Shown in pieces: positions 18,027 to 26,621 of a DNA stretch of 34,457 bases; the stretch's first letter is position 1; each line of letters opens with the position of its first letter. The stretch is taken from assembly GCA_046542935.1 (NCBI GenBank), contig JBKHAJ010000003.1, positions 1 to 34,457 of the forward strand. Direction: 5' to 3'. Made by a program: the position numbers and the translations under genes. The notes beneath the pieces are model-generated. The model saw only the letters and a program-made list of their open reading frames with translations. It did not search any database and had not been told where the DNA came from. The DNA is from Spirochaetia bacterium (GTDB lineage Bacteria; Spirochaetota; Spirochaetia; SPDA01; CAZSGZ01).

Positions 18027-19142
18027 TTAACCGCGGCGCAGCGAATTAAGCATTTCGTTCACGTAGGGGTGCCTCAGGCCCATCTTCTGGTACCGGGTGA
18101 GGACCTCGACGGCCTTGTCCCTCCGGTTGAGCTTGAGGTAGCAGTCGGCAATTTCGGTGTACAAGCGGTGGTTTTTGGGATCGTTTTTCATGAGTCCGTA
18201 GAGGGACTCGACGGCATCCTCATAGTTGCCCCGGGCCTTGTTGATCAGAGCGAGACCTAGGATGGCGTAGACGTCGAACTCGATGTTCAGCGCCTTCTTG
18301 TAGTATTCCTCGGCGGATTCATATTCTCCGAGATTACGGTAGGCATCCCCCACCCGGGTGAGTATGACCTTGTTCGAGGGATCCCTTTCCAGAATGCGCT
18401 CCCAGTACTCCAATGACCTCCGCTGCTGATTGAGGCCCCGGTAGCAGTCGGCGAGCCCGAAGAGGGCGTAGAAGTTCTTAGGATCGATTTCCAAGGCCTG
18501 CTCGAAGTACTCTATCCCCTCTTCGAAGGTCTTGAGCTTCCGGTGACAGTTGCCGAGGGAGGTGAGAACCCTGATGTCGACATTTTCCTTGGTTATCTCG
18601 TACATCCGTTCCCAGTACTTAAGGGCCTCCTCGTATTCCCTGAAGTCGTAGTGGAGGTGTCCGAGTCCGATGAGAGCGTAGGGATTGTCCCGCTCCATTT
18701 CGAGGACCTTGAGGTAGATCTCCCGGGACTTTTTGAGGTCCCTGACCTTGCGGTAGGCATCGGCTACCCTTGTAAGAACGGTTACATTGCTGTCGTCGTG
18801 GAGGAGATACTGCTCCCATATCTTTATTGCCTGGCTGTATTTCTTGAGCGCCTTGTAGCAGTCGGCAAGGCCGAAGAGGGCGTAGTTGTTCCCCGAATGA
18901 TGCTCGAGACAGATTGTGTAGTATTCGATAGCCTGCTTGAACCACCGCTTTTTCCGGTAGGCGTCTCCGATCCCAACTAAGGCATAGTTGTTCTCCGGAT
19001 CGGCTTCGAGAATCTCCCGGAAGGCGGCGACAGCCTCGTCGAGTTTATTCTCCTTGAGAAGCTGGTATCCGAGCTTGGATTTTTCGGAAATCTCCTGGAG
19101 CTTTTCTTCGGTCAGATTGGCGGTATGGTCGGTCTCACTCAT
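18027..19142 (-). CDS. Tetratricopeptide repeat protein (about 10 TPRs)
   Basis: 34-aa periodicity (NYALVGIGDAY, NYALFGLADCY, NFYALFGLADCY, ILTRVGDAY). Start at ATG 19142 overlaps the upstream stop (19160 is an alternative). Confidence 0.9.
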   Translation of the reverse strand: MSETDHTANLTEEKLQEISEKSKLGYQLLKENKLDEAVAAFREILEADPENNYALVGIGDAYRKKRWFKQAIEYYTICLEHHSGNNYALFGLADCYKALKKYSQAIKIWEQYLLHDDSNVTVLTRVADAYRKVRDLKKSREIYLKVLEMERDNPYALIGLGHLHYDFREYEEALKYWERMYEITKENVDIRVLTSLGNCHRKLKTFEEGIEYFEQALEIDPKNFYALFGLADCYRGLNQQRRSLEYWERILERDPSNKVILTRVGDAYRNLGEYESAEEYYKKALNIEFDVYAILGLALINKARGNYEDAVESLYGLMKNDPKNHRLYTEIADCYLKLNRRDKAVEVLTRYQKMGLRHPYVNEMLNSLRRG

Positions 19143-19482
19143 TATCGGATACCTTGTCATGGAGCCACGCCTGGACTACCCCGGCCATTTTTTCGATCAG
19201 CCGGTCCCGTTTTCCGGGGGCGGGGGCCAGGTAGTACATCCGGACGGCTTCCAAGAAGTTGTTCTTCTTGTAGTAGTAGTCTCCCATCCGGGAAAGACCG
19301 TCCGCATACCCCGTGGTAATGAAAACCCGTTTTGCCTGCTCGTAGTTGCCGTTATTGAACAGTTCGTTGCCTTTTCGGATAAGGGCGGTGCGTTGGTCTT
19401 TGTCTAAGGGCTTTATCTGCTCCCTGGTTACTTTTATAAATCCGTCTTTCGGGATTTTTTGTAATGCCTCTTTTTTAGTCAT
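19135..19482 (-). CDS. Conserved hypothetical protein with a TPR-like helix pair
   Basis: 115-aa ORF (MTKKEAL...LIRKGNELFNNGNYEQAKRVF...GDYYYK) overlapping the TPR gene start. Confidence 0.8.
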   Translation of the reverse strand: MTKKEALQKIPKDGFIKVTREQIKPLDKDQRTALIRKGNELFNNGNYEQAKRVFITTGYADGLSRMGDYYYKKNNFLEAVRMYYLAPAPGKRDRLIEKMAGVVQAWLHDKVSDNE

Positions 19483-19503
19483 TAGTACGAATATCGTCTG
19501 AGT

Positions 19504-19532
19504 ATGATACAGAATTTTAGGAGAAATTGCAA
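19504..19532 (-). promoter_or_regulatory. sigma70 promoter of the hyp-TPR-rlmN unit
   Basis: TTGCAA-17nt-TATCAT in an AT-rich gap, with a short SD-less leader. Confidence 0.6.
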
Positions 19533-19558
19533 AGGTTTTGCGAAAAAATACCGACCGG

Positions 19559-20164
19559 TCAGTCGGAAAGGGTTCCTTTGGTGGATCGTACACCTCCCGA
19601 ATCGGATACGGGGGCCAAAGCCGCTTCGAAAGCCTTTCCCGCCGCTTTGAACATCGCCTCCGCGAGGTGATGACTGTTCCGGCCGTACCGCCCGATCAGG
19701 TGGATCGTCGCTCTGCTCCGGGTGGTGAAGGCGTACCAGAATTCTTCTATAAGGCACGTCGGGAGGTCCCCTACGTACTCCTGGGGAAAAGCGGCCTCGA
19801 ATCGAAGGTACGGTCTTCCCGAGAGATCCACCGCTGTTTCGGCTAAGGAGTCGTCCATAGGTATTACGGCGTGGCCGAATCTCTGGACCGGACCATAGGT
19901 CTCGACGTACCGGAATACCGCGTCTCCGAGAACAAGGCCCAAATCCTCGACCAAGTGGTGTTGATCGATCTCCACATCCCCCTCCGCCGTCAAGGCGAGC
20001 CCCAGATTACCGTGGAAGGCGAAGGCGTTCAGGAGATGCTCGAGAAAGGGGATTCCCTTTATAGAGAGCTTTATATCCCGTCTCCTCGGCAGCTCGAGCT
20101 CGAGGGAGACCGCCGTTTCCTTCGTTTTTCGTTCCGCAGAGATAATACGGGTTTCGGTCTTCAC
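19559..20164 (-). CDS. hisB: Imidazoleglycerol-phosphate dehydratase
   Basis: RKTKET, DQHHLVED, PMDD, DLSGRP, NSHHLAEAMFKA, STKG. GTGA overlap with hisG. Confidence 0.95.
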   Translation of the reverse strand: MKTETRIISAERKTKETAVSLELELPRRRDIKLSIKGIPFLEHLLNAFAFHGNLGLALTAEGDVEIDQHHLVEDLGLVLGDAVFRYVETYGPVQRFGHAVIPMDDSLAETAVDLSGRPYLRFEAAFPQEYVGDLPTCLIEEFWYAFTTRSRATIHLIGRYGRNSHHLAEAMFKAAGKAFEAALAPVSDSGGVRSTKGTLSD

Positions 20165-20790
20165 TTCTCTTCCTTTACTACGAGATCCGCGAGTGCGTTG
20201 ACCCGCTCATAGTTGAGTTTATAGTACGCGGGATTGGCGATCAAGTGCACTCGAATCGTCTCGAGCTCTTCCAATACTTCGAGGTCGTTCGCCTCGAGGG
20301 TTGTTCCTGTTTCGACAAGGTCCACGATGTAGGGGGCGAGACCTAAGATCGGGGCCAGCTCCACCGAGCCGCTCAGCTTGATAATCCGGATGGGAATGCC
20401 CCTCCCGTGGAAGTAGTCTTTGGCGAACCTTGTGAACTTGGTGGCCACCTTCATGACCCGGTCCGGGGATCCGGTAAACCCTCTCTTTGCAGCCAGGCAC
20501 ATGCGGGTGCTCCCGAAAGGGAGGGTGCCGAGATTGATGAATCGGGTGCCCGATTCGTAGAGGATGTCGCCGCCGCAGACTCCGATTCCGGCAATTCCGT
20601 GTTTGACATAGGTGGGAAGATCGCTGTTCTTGACCAAAAAGCTCTCGACACTTCCCTCTACGTCCCGTGCAACCAGCTTCCTCTTATCGAAGTCGATGGT
20701 TATTCCTTTCGCGGCGAAGAGCTCCCGGGATCGATCGAAGAGCCTCCCCTTGGGAAAGGCGATTGATAAGGGCATATCTTTCGAATTCAC
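20161..20790 (-). CDS. hisG: ATP phosphoribosyltransferase, short form
   Basis: IAFPKGRL, DLPTYV, VATKF, GSVELAP, IVDLVETGTTLEANDL. 209 aa, no C-terminal ACT domain. Confidence 0.95.
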   Translation of the reverse strand: MNSKDMPLSIAFPKGRLFDRSRELFAAKGITIDFDKRKLVARDVEGSVESFLVKNSDLPTYVKHGIAGIGVCGGDILYESGTRFINLGTLPFGSTRMCLAAKRGFTGSPDRVMKVATKFTRFAKDYFHGRGIPIRIIKLSGSVELAPILGLAPYIVDLVETGTTLEANDLEVLEELETIRVHLIANPAYYKLNYERVNALADLVVKEEK

Positions 20791-21890
20791 AGGATCACCG
20801 TCCTTCCTTCTAAGCGGAGCTTTTCCGCCGCCTTGAACCTCTCGGAGAAGCTCGCTCCGGGGGCGGGAACGGCGGTTTCCGTATCTCCCGCCGGGCCGGT
20901 CTCGAGAAAGGGCTCGATCTTGCGGAGCATCAACGAGAATCCTACCGACGGCGCGTCGAAACCGAAGAAACCCAACAGATCATCGTATCGTCCTCCGGTA
21001 ACGAAGGATGAATCGATGTTCGGAGTGTAGCCCTGGAATACTATCCCCGTATGGTAGGGCTGGGAACCTATCTCGGAGAGATCGATCCGAAATCGATCCG
21101 TTTCGGCGTGCCCGACCAGCTCGGTAGAGAGGTCGCCCAGGTAGCGGAGCTCTCTCGACTCCTCAGGGGAGAGGAGCTTTAGGTTGGATCCTTCGAGGAG
21201 TCCGATGAAGTCCTTAGACGTCCCTATAAAACCGAACAGCGCGGTGACGAGATCGGCCTTGACCGCGGCCATGTTGTGGTAGGTCATCCCCCGGTGAAGC
21301 GTCTCGAGATCCCGAAAGCGGACGGCTTCCACGAGGCCGTTCCGCTCCTCTTCGGGAATTTCCCGGCATACCGAATTCCAGAATCCACGACTTCCCACGT
21401 GGACTGCGGCCTCGGGGACCTTCAGGGCGGAGAGCACCCGGTCGAGGAGGAGCAAAACTTCGAGGTCGGCGTCCATCCCCCTCTTCCCGATAAGCTCGAC
21501 TCCGGTCTGGAAGAATTCGTTCCGGGATATGTCCTCGCTGTCCTGGTGACGGAGAATTGTATCGGCGTACCATACCCGGGAGGGGAGGTCCTCCTCGGTC
21601 AGAAGGAGCCCCATCTGCTTGGCTAAGAAGAGGGTGATATCGGAACGGAGCATGAGGAGCTCACCTTCCCGGTCTATGAGCCTATAAATCGTATCGAGGC
21701 CGCTTCCCCTGAGGAGGGGGCGGTAGGTGTCGAAGAAATCGAAGACCGGGACCTGGGCCGGCAGGTAACCCCATCGGGTAAAGAGCCGTTCCAAGGACCG
21801 GACGAGGTGCTTGTGTTTGAAAGCCTCTTCGAGATGAAAGCTCTCGGTTCCCTGGGGTATTTGAAGTAGTTTACGTAACTTTTCGATCAT
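20787..21890 (-). CDS. hisZ: ATP phosphoribosyltransferase regulatory subunit
   Basis: HisRS-like LRSDIT, EFFQTGVELIG, YHTGIVF, GGRYDDL, next to the short hisG. SD GGGAGG before ATG 21890. Confidence 0.92.
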   Translation of the reverse strand: MIEKLRKLLQIPQGTESFHLEEAFKHKHLVRSLERLFTRWGYLPAQVPVFDFFDTYRPLLRGSGLDTIYRLIDREGELLMLRSDITLFLAKQMGLLLTEEDLPSRVWYADTILRHQDSEDISRNEFFQTGVELIGKRGMDADLEVLLLLDRVLSALKVPEAAVHVGSRGFWNSVCREIPEEERNGLVEAVRFRDLETLHRGMTYHNMAAVKADLVTALFGFIGTSKDFIGLLEGSNLKLLSPEESRELRYLGDLSTELVGHAETDRFRIDLSEIGSQPYHTGIVFQGYTPNIDSSFVTGGRYDDLLGFFGFDAPSVGFSLMLRKIEPFLETGPAGDTETAVPAPGASFSERFKAAEKLRLEGRTVIL

Positions 21891-21906
21891 CGTTTTCCTC
21901 CCGGTA

Positions 21907-21935
21907 ACTATATCAGAACGAGTCGAGCCCGGCAA
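21907..21935 (-). promoter_or_regulatory. sigma70 promoter of hisZGB (extended -10)
   Basis: TTGCCG-17nt-TATAGT with TGn extension. Confidence 0.6.
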
Positions 21936-21948
21936 TCGAGCTGAATTT

Positions 21949-21977
21949 TTGAAAAACGGATCGAGGCGGGGTATACT
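21949..21977 (+). promoter_or_regulatory. sigma70 promoter of small ORF (leaderless)
   Basis: TTGAAA-17nt-TATACT-7nt-ATG(21985). Confidence 0.65.
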
Positions 21978-21984
21978 CTATAGC

Positions 21985-22146
21985 ATGGACAGTAAAGAAA
22001 GTGATTTGGGGCTCTTCCTCCTGGAGATCCCCCTGCCGGAGTGCTATGACCGGGATCTTATCCCTCTACCGGCTGAACGTTTGAAGTTCGATGAAACACG
22101 GGTCGAAGAGCGGTGGCGCCGGTGGCTCGACATTGTGGATCGTTAA
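21985..22146 (+). CDS. Small hypothetical protein (53 aa)
   Basis: MDSKESDLGLFLLEIPLPECY...WRRWLDIVDR fills the hisZ-rsmD gap and has its own near-consensus promoter. Confidence 0.55.
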   Translation: MDSKESDLGLFLLEIPLPECYDRDLIPLPAERLKFDETRVEERWRRWLDIVDR

Positions 22147-22153
22147 GAATAAA

Positions 22154-22684
22154 TCAAGTGCGATAGAATCTGAGGACGGATCTTCCGTATGTCCGGGTAT
22201 CAACCTCTTCGAGGCCTCCCGCGGTTTCGGGGAGGTCGTCTTCCCGGGGATAGTGGATGAGACACAGGCCCCGGGCCCGGAGAACGCCGGATTCGCCGAC
22301 TAGGGTGATGAGCTTTTCTTTATTTGCATAATCGAAGGGGGGATCGAGATAGACGATGTCGAAGGTGTCCGGATCCGCTTTTGTGAGGTAGCTCTCCGCT
22401 GAGACCCCGAGGAGGCGGATTTCGGTTTTCACGATGCTCATATTCTCCTTGATGACGGGGAGCTTCCTCCTGTCCCGTTCGACTAGGACAACCGGTTCCG
22501 CGCCTCTGGAGGCCGCCTCGATCCCGACCAGTCCCGAACCGCTGAACAAGTCGAGAAATCCTCTCCCCTCGATAACGCCTAGGATGGAAAACATCGATTC
22601 CCGCATCCGGTCCATCGCAGGCCGTATTACTCCTTTCGGGCAGCGGATTTTCCTGTTCAAATAACGTCCCCCGGTTATGCGCAT
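22154..22684 (-). CDS. rsmD: 16S rRNA m2G966 methyltransferase RsmD
   Basis: MRITGG, IRPAMDRMRESMF, LDLFSGSG, EAASRGA, YLDPPF, RTYG. Start at ATG 22684, preceded by TATACT-6nt. Confidence 0.93.
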   Translation of the reverse strand: MRITGGRYLNRKIRCPKGVIRPAMDRMRESMFSILGVIEGRGFLDLFSGSGLVGIEAASRGAEPVVLVERDRRKLPVIKENMSIVKTEIRLLGVSAESYLTKADPDTFDIVYLDPPFDYANKEKLITLVGESGVLRARGLCLIHYPREDDLPETAGGLEEVDTRTYGRSVLRFYRT

Positions 22685-22730
22685 GGGCAGAGTATACGAG
22701 ATCGGCCGAAAGAGGGAAAGACAGGGCGCT

Positions 22731-22760
22731 TTGACTTTTTCCGTCGATTTCGTACATACT
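22731..22760 (+). promoter_or_regulatory. Candidate sigma70 promoter of the V/A-ATPase operon
   Basis: TTGACT-18nt-CATACT, followed by SD AAGGAG and ATG 22782. Confidence 0.55.
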
Positions 22761-22781
22761 ATCCGCACGAAGGAGCCGGTA

Positions 22782-23105
22782 ATGCAGGAAGTTCTCAAAG
22801 AAATACTCGAGGTCGAGAAAGAAGCGGAAGATGAGGTCAAGCGTGCCCGGGAAGAGGCCGCGATGATTCGGCGGGAAGCTGACGAGGAGAGTGAAGAAAT
22901 CCTGAAAAAGGCCCGGGAAGAGGCTCACGAAACGGCGAGGCGGGTGGCGATAGAAGCGGAACAGGCCGTGGAAGAGGAGTTTCGAGCCGAGATCGATAAG
23001 GCCGAGGCAAAGAAGAAACTTTTCATCGAGGAGGAGTCGGGGCGTATCGAAACACTTGTCGACCGTTTAACCGGTATAATTCTGTCGGGAACTACGGGAG
23101 ATTAG
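22782..23105 (+). CDS. V/A-type ATPase peripheral stalk subunit G (H)
   Basis: 107-aa E/A/K/R-rich helix (EVLKEILEVEKEAEDEVKRAREEA), first gene of the operon. Confidence 0.8.
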   Translation: MQEVLKEILEVEKEAEDEVKRAREEAAMIRREADEESEEILKKAREEAHETARRVAIEAEQAVEEEFRAEIDKAEAKKKLFIEEESGRIETLVDRLTGIILSGTTGD

Positions 23106-23110
23106 ATCTC

Positions 23111-24184
23111 TTGAGCTCCCCGGTCAAAAAATACGCGTTTATCCACGCTAAGCTCAGAGCCCGCCTCGGTAAGATGCTGGACCGGGAGTTTTTTTTCCGT
23201 CTCTCCATCGCTTCGGGTCTTACCGAAGCACTCCATATGCTCAAAGGCACCGAGTACGAGAAAGTATCCGACACCTACGACGAAACTGGGGATCTCAAGC
23301 TGGGTGAGCTCGAGCTGTTTCGGCGGGAGATAGAAACGGTTCGAAATATCGTAAAATACGTCGAGGATGAAATTTCCGGTTTCGTGGAAGGGCTTCTCAT
23401 GTACCACGAAATCGAGGTCCTCAAACACGCACTGCGTCTTTGGTTCGACCGGACCGTGCGAAACAGGGACATCCGCAGAGCGGTGGGTTACATTATTCGT
23501 GAGAGGATCGTTCATGATTTTCGTGTGGACGACATTATCAACGCCGAGAATCCGGAGGGTATCGAAGCGGCCCTTGAGGGCACCCCCTATCGAGATATTG
23601 CCGTGCGGCATATACCCGAGGTAATACAACGCGGATCCCTCTTCTCCCTTGAGACGGAGCTCGACAAATTCTACTATCGAACCGTCTTCGAAAGGCTCGA
23701 GCTGCTCCAGGGAAGGGACCGGAACACGGCCGAGCGGTTTCTCTCAGCGGAGGTAGACCTGGAGAATCTCAATCGGATCGTTCGTTTCAACAGCTTCTAC
23801 GACTATTCCTACAAGGAATCTCTTCCATTCCTCCTGCCTTACGGACGGGCTGTGGAAAGTGGAATTTTCGAAGGCATAGAATCGGCGGATAAGGATGAGC
23901 GGGGTCGAAGAAGGCTCTACTCCGTCCTCCTCGAGAGCTATGGATTAACCGATTTCCCCATGTCCGAAACGAGCGGCGAGGGGAACAGTCTGGTCCTCCT
24001 CAACTCTCTCATGGAAGAAATCATCGATCGTGAAATAAAAAAGATCCTCTACGGCTATCCCTTTACTATCGGGATTATTCTTGCTTTTATAGTACTCAAG
24101 CAGAAAGAGATCCGGAAGCTCATGAGCTTATTGAATGCGCAATACTACGAGCTCCCGGAAGAAAAGATGAGGCGGATTGTATGA
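23111..24184 (+). CDS. V/A-type ATPase subunit C (d/AC39)
   Basis: YAFIHAKLRARLGKML N-terminus, LEGTPY, ETELDKFYY, EVDLENL. TTG start. Confidence 0.88.
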   Translation: MSSPVKKYAFIHAKLRARLGKMLDREFFFRLSIASGLTEALHMLKGTEYEKVSDTYDETGDLKLGELELFRREIETVRNIVKYVEDEISGFVEGLLMYHEIEVLKHALRLWFDRTVRNRDIRRAVGYIIRERIVHDFRVDDIINAENPEGIEAALEGTPYRDIAVRHIPEVIQRGSLFSLETELDKFYYRTVFERLELLQGRDRNTAERFLSAEVDLENLNRIVRFNSFYDYSYKESLPFLLPYGRAVESGIFEGIESADKDERGRRRLYSVLLESYGLTDFPMSETSGEGNSLVLLNSLMEEIIDREIKKILYGYPFTIGIILAFIVLKQKEIRKLMSLLNAQYYELPEEKMRRIV

Positions 24185-26193
24185 GTACGGCCCGAATGCG
24201 GCAGCTTATCGCGGCGGTGGATATTTCCCGTACCGACGCGGTTACAAAGGAACTCCTCGATCAGGGGGTACTCCACTTTATCAAGATTCGGGAGCTCGAT
24301 AAGGAATACTCCGACTCTCTTCGTACGATCCGGCCCCCCGCTCCGCGGGAGTACTACGGGCGTCTTCGCAGGCAGATCGAGAGTTACCTCGCTCTCGCGG
24401 ATATCCGTCCCGAGGAGAGGGCCTCTCTGGACGTCCACGAGATGGAGCCGGTGGATACCGAGAAGACCGAAGGAATTATCGACAACTTGAGCGGCCGCAT
24501 AAATGAAATACGGGAAAAGCAGAGGGAGCTTCAGCAGGAGATCTTGAGGCTCCAAGATTTGAGCCGCCAGATAGACCGGACCGGGGGTTTGGGAGCGGAA
24601 ACGCTGAATAGGGAGTCGGGATACCTGGTGAGCCGGGCAGGGCAGGTTCCCAAGGAGAACAGCCGGGATCTCAAGGGGGGATTCGATTCGATCCCCTCGG
24701 TAGTGTTTCCGTTAGGGCGTGAGGAAAATACCTATCTGGTCGTATACTTGAAGAGGGACCGGGACCGGGCCGAGCGGGTGCTTTCGAGCGCCGGCTGGAC
24801 CGACATAGAGGTCGGGTCCGAGTCGGCGGAAGTCGGACGATCGGCCAAGGGAGATCTGGAGGCTAGGATTGAGGATCTTAAGAGCCGTCAGCGTGAGGAA
24901 AGGAATGAGCTCGTTTCCGCAGTGGAGTCCCGGCGGGACGAGCTCGTCCGTCGATGGGCGAATCTCAAGATGAACGAGCTTTGCGCGGGAATTCACTCCT
25001 ACTATGGAAAGACTTCGCGGACGGTTCTCTTTTCGGGGTGGGTCCCCGAAGACAAGAGGGAGGACATAGACCGGGGCATCCGGCGGGCGGCCGAGGGCAA
25101 GTGTTATCTGGAGTGGCACAGCCCGAGGCGGGCGGAAGGGGTCGACTCGGAGGAGACCCCGGTCAAGTTCACCAATCCCCGGTTCTTAGCCCCCTTCCAG
25201 ATGCTCGTGGAGAACTACGCGGTCCCCGCCTACGGAAGCTTTGATCCCACTCCCATCGTAGCCGTGGCGTATCTGGTAATGTTCGGCCTCATGTTCGGGG
25301 ACGCGGGGCACGGATTGGTCCTTCTCGCGGCGGGAATAGCCGGAACCCTTCTCTTGAAGGGGAAGCCGATCCGGCGATTGTTTCAGCTCATCACCTGGTG
25401 CGGTGCGTCGGCTGTGGTCTTCGGAGCGTTATTCGGCAGCTACTTCGGGATGTCCTGGTTTCCTCCGGTTTGGTTCGATTATCACGGGGCGGTCTTCGGA
25501 CACGCGTCGCCCGCCGGGTTCGTAAAGGATATCTACGGAATACTCACTCTGACCATCTACTTCGGTATCGCCGTTATCGGGATCGGACTAATTATCAACT
25601 GGTACAACCGGGTCCGAAGGGGGGAATGGTTCCGTCTGATCATGGACAAGGCGGGAATCCTCGGGGGATGGATGTACGGAGGCGGAATCTATACGGCCTT
25701 CTATTTCGGAAACCACGAGTTCAAACAGCTTCCCGGCGGAACACTCTTGTTTGTTCTCCTAGGCCTTCCCGCGATTTTCTTCGTGGGTAAGCCTTTTATC
25801 GAGCATCTCCGAGAGAAGCGGCACGGACACGGAAAACCCTTCGGACCGTTTACGATAATCGATTTTTTCATGGAATGGCTCGTGGAGATGCTCGAGATCT
25901 TTTCCGGGTATCTTGCGAATACTTTGAGCTTCATGCGGGTGGCGGGGCTCGGAATAGCCCACGTGAGCCTGATGGTGGCCTTCTTCGAGATCGCCGATAT
26001 GGCCGGCGGGGAACGGGGCGTTTCGATCGGCTCGATCCTCATCCTCCTCTTAGGAAATGTGCTCGTTATTGCCCTCGAGGGTCTGTCGGCGGGAATTCAG
26101 AGCCTTAGGCTCAACTACTACGAGTTTTTCTCGAAATACTTTTCAGGAACCGGGATAGCCTATACACCGGTAAGCCTTAAGCAATATACATAA
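24181..26193 (+). CDS. V/A-type ATPase subunit I (a)
   Basis: Soluble N-half, GWVP, YAVPAYGSFDPT, MFGDAGHG, NTLSFMR (essential Arg), IQSLRLNYYEFFSKY. Confidence 0.95.
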   Translation: MSTARMRQLIAAVDISRTDAVTKELLDQGVLHFIKIRELDKEYSDSLRTIRPPAPREYYGRLRRQIESYLALADIRPEERASLDVHEMEPVDTEKTEGIIDNLSGRINEIREKQRELQQEILRLQDLSRQIDRTGGLGAETLNRESGYLVSRAGQVPKENSRDLKGGFDSIPSVVFPLGREENTYLVVYLKRDRDRAERVLSSAGWTDIEVGSESAEVGRSAKGDLEARIEDLKSRQREERNELVSAVESRRDELVRRWANLKMNELCAGIHSYYGKTSRTVLFSGWVPEDKREDIDRGIRRAAEGKCYLEWHSPRRAEGVDSEETPVKFTNPRFLAPFQMLVENYAVPAYGSFDPTPIVAVAYLVMFGLMFGDAGHGLVLLAAGIAGTLLLKGKPIRRLFQLITWCGASAVVFGALFGSYFGMSWFPPVWFDYHGAVFGHASPAGFVKDIYGILTLTIYFGIAVIGIGLIINWYNRVRRGEWFRLIMDKAGILGGWMYGGGIYTAFYFGNHEFKQLPGGTLLFVLLGLPAIFFVGKPFIEHLREKRHGHGKPFGPFTIIDFFMEWLVEMLEIFSGYLANTLSFMRVAGLGIAHVSLMVAFFEIADMAGGERGVSIGSILILLLGNVLVIALEGLSAGIQSLRLNYYEFFSKYFSGTGIAYTPVSLKQYT

Positions 26194-26217
26194 ATTGAGA
26201 AAGTGAAGGAGCAGCAT

Positions 26218-26601
26218 ATGGAAAATGCCGTACAGAGATTCAAGCGGCGGGTCGGATTGAGTGTTCTCATTACATTCTTCGTCATGCTCATATTCGGCAT
26301 TATGGGTGTGAGCACCGTTTTTGCCCAGGAAGAGATCGCGGTAGAGACCGCCGAAGTCGCTTCGGAAATCCCCGAGAACCGGTCGAACGTAATGAAGTAC
26401 GCTCTGATCGGGGCGGCCGTTGCCTTCGGGTTCGGAGCTATCGGCGCGGGCATCGCCATAGGGAATGTCGGCGCCGCGGCCATGGGGGCCATAGCCGAAA
26501 AGCCGGAGATCGCGAGCCAGGCCCTCATATTTATCGCTCTGGCCGAGGGATTGGTGGTTTTCGGTTTCATTACCGCGCTGATGATCTTGGGCCGGGTGTA
26601 G
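26218..26601 (+). CDS. V/A-type ATPase proteolipid subunit K (c), single hairpin with N-terminal signal-like extension
   Basis: GAIGAGIAIG...GAIAEKPE...IALAEGL (ion-binding Glu). SD AAGGAG favours ATG 26218. Confidence 0.93.
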   Translation: MENAVQRFKRRVGLSVLITFFVMLIFGIMGVSTVFAQEEIAVETAEVASEIPENRSNVMKYALIGAAVAFGFGAIGAGIAIGNVGAAAMGAIAEKPEIASQALIFIALAEGLVVFGFITALMILGRV

Positions 26602-26621
26602 TCCGCGTTGAGCGGTCCGAC

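Noticed and set aside
21985-22146. sORF as a his attenuator leader peptide
   Set aside because: It is on the opposite strand to hisZ and contains no His codons.
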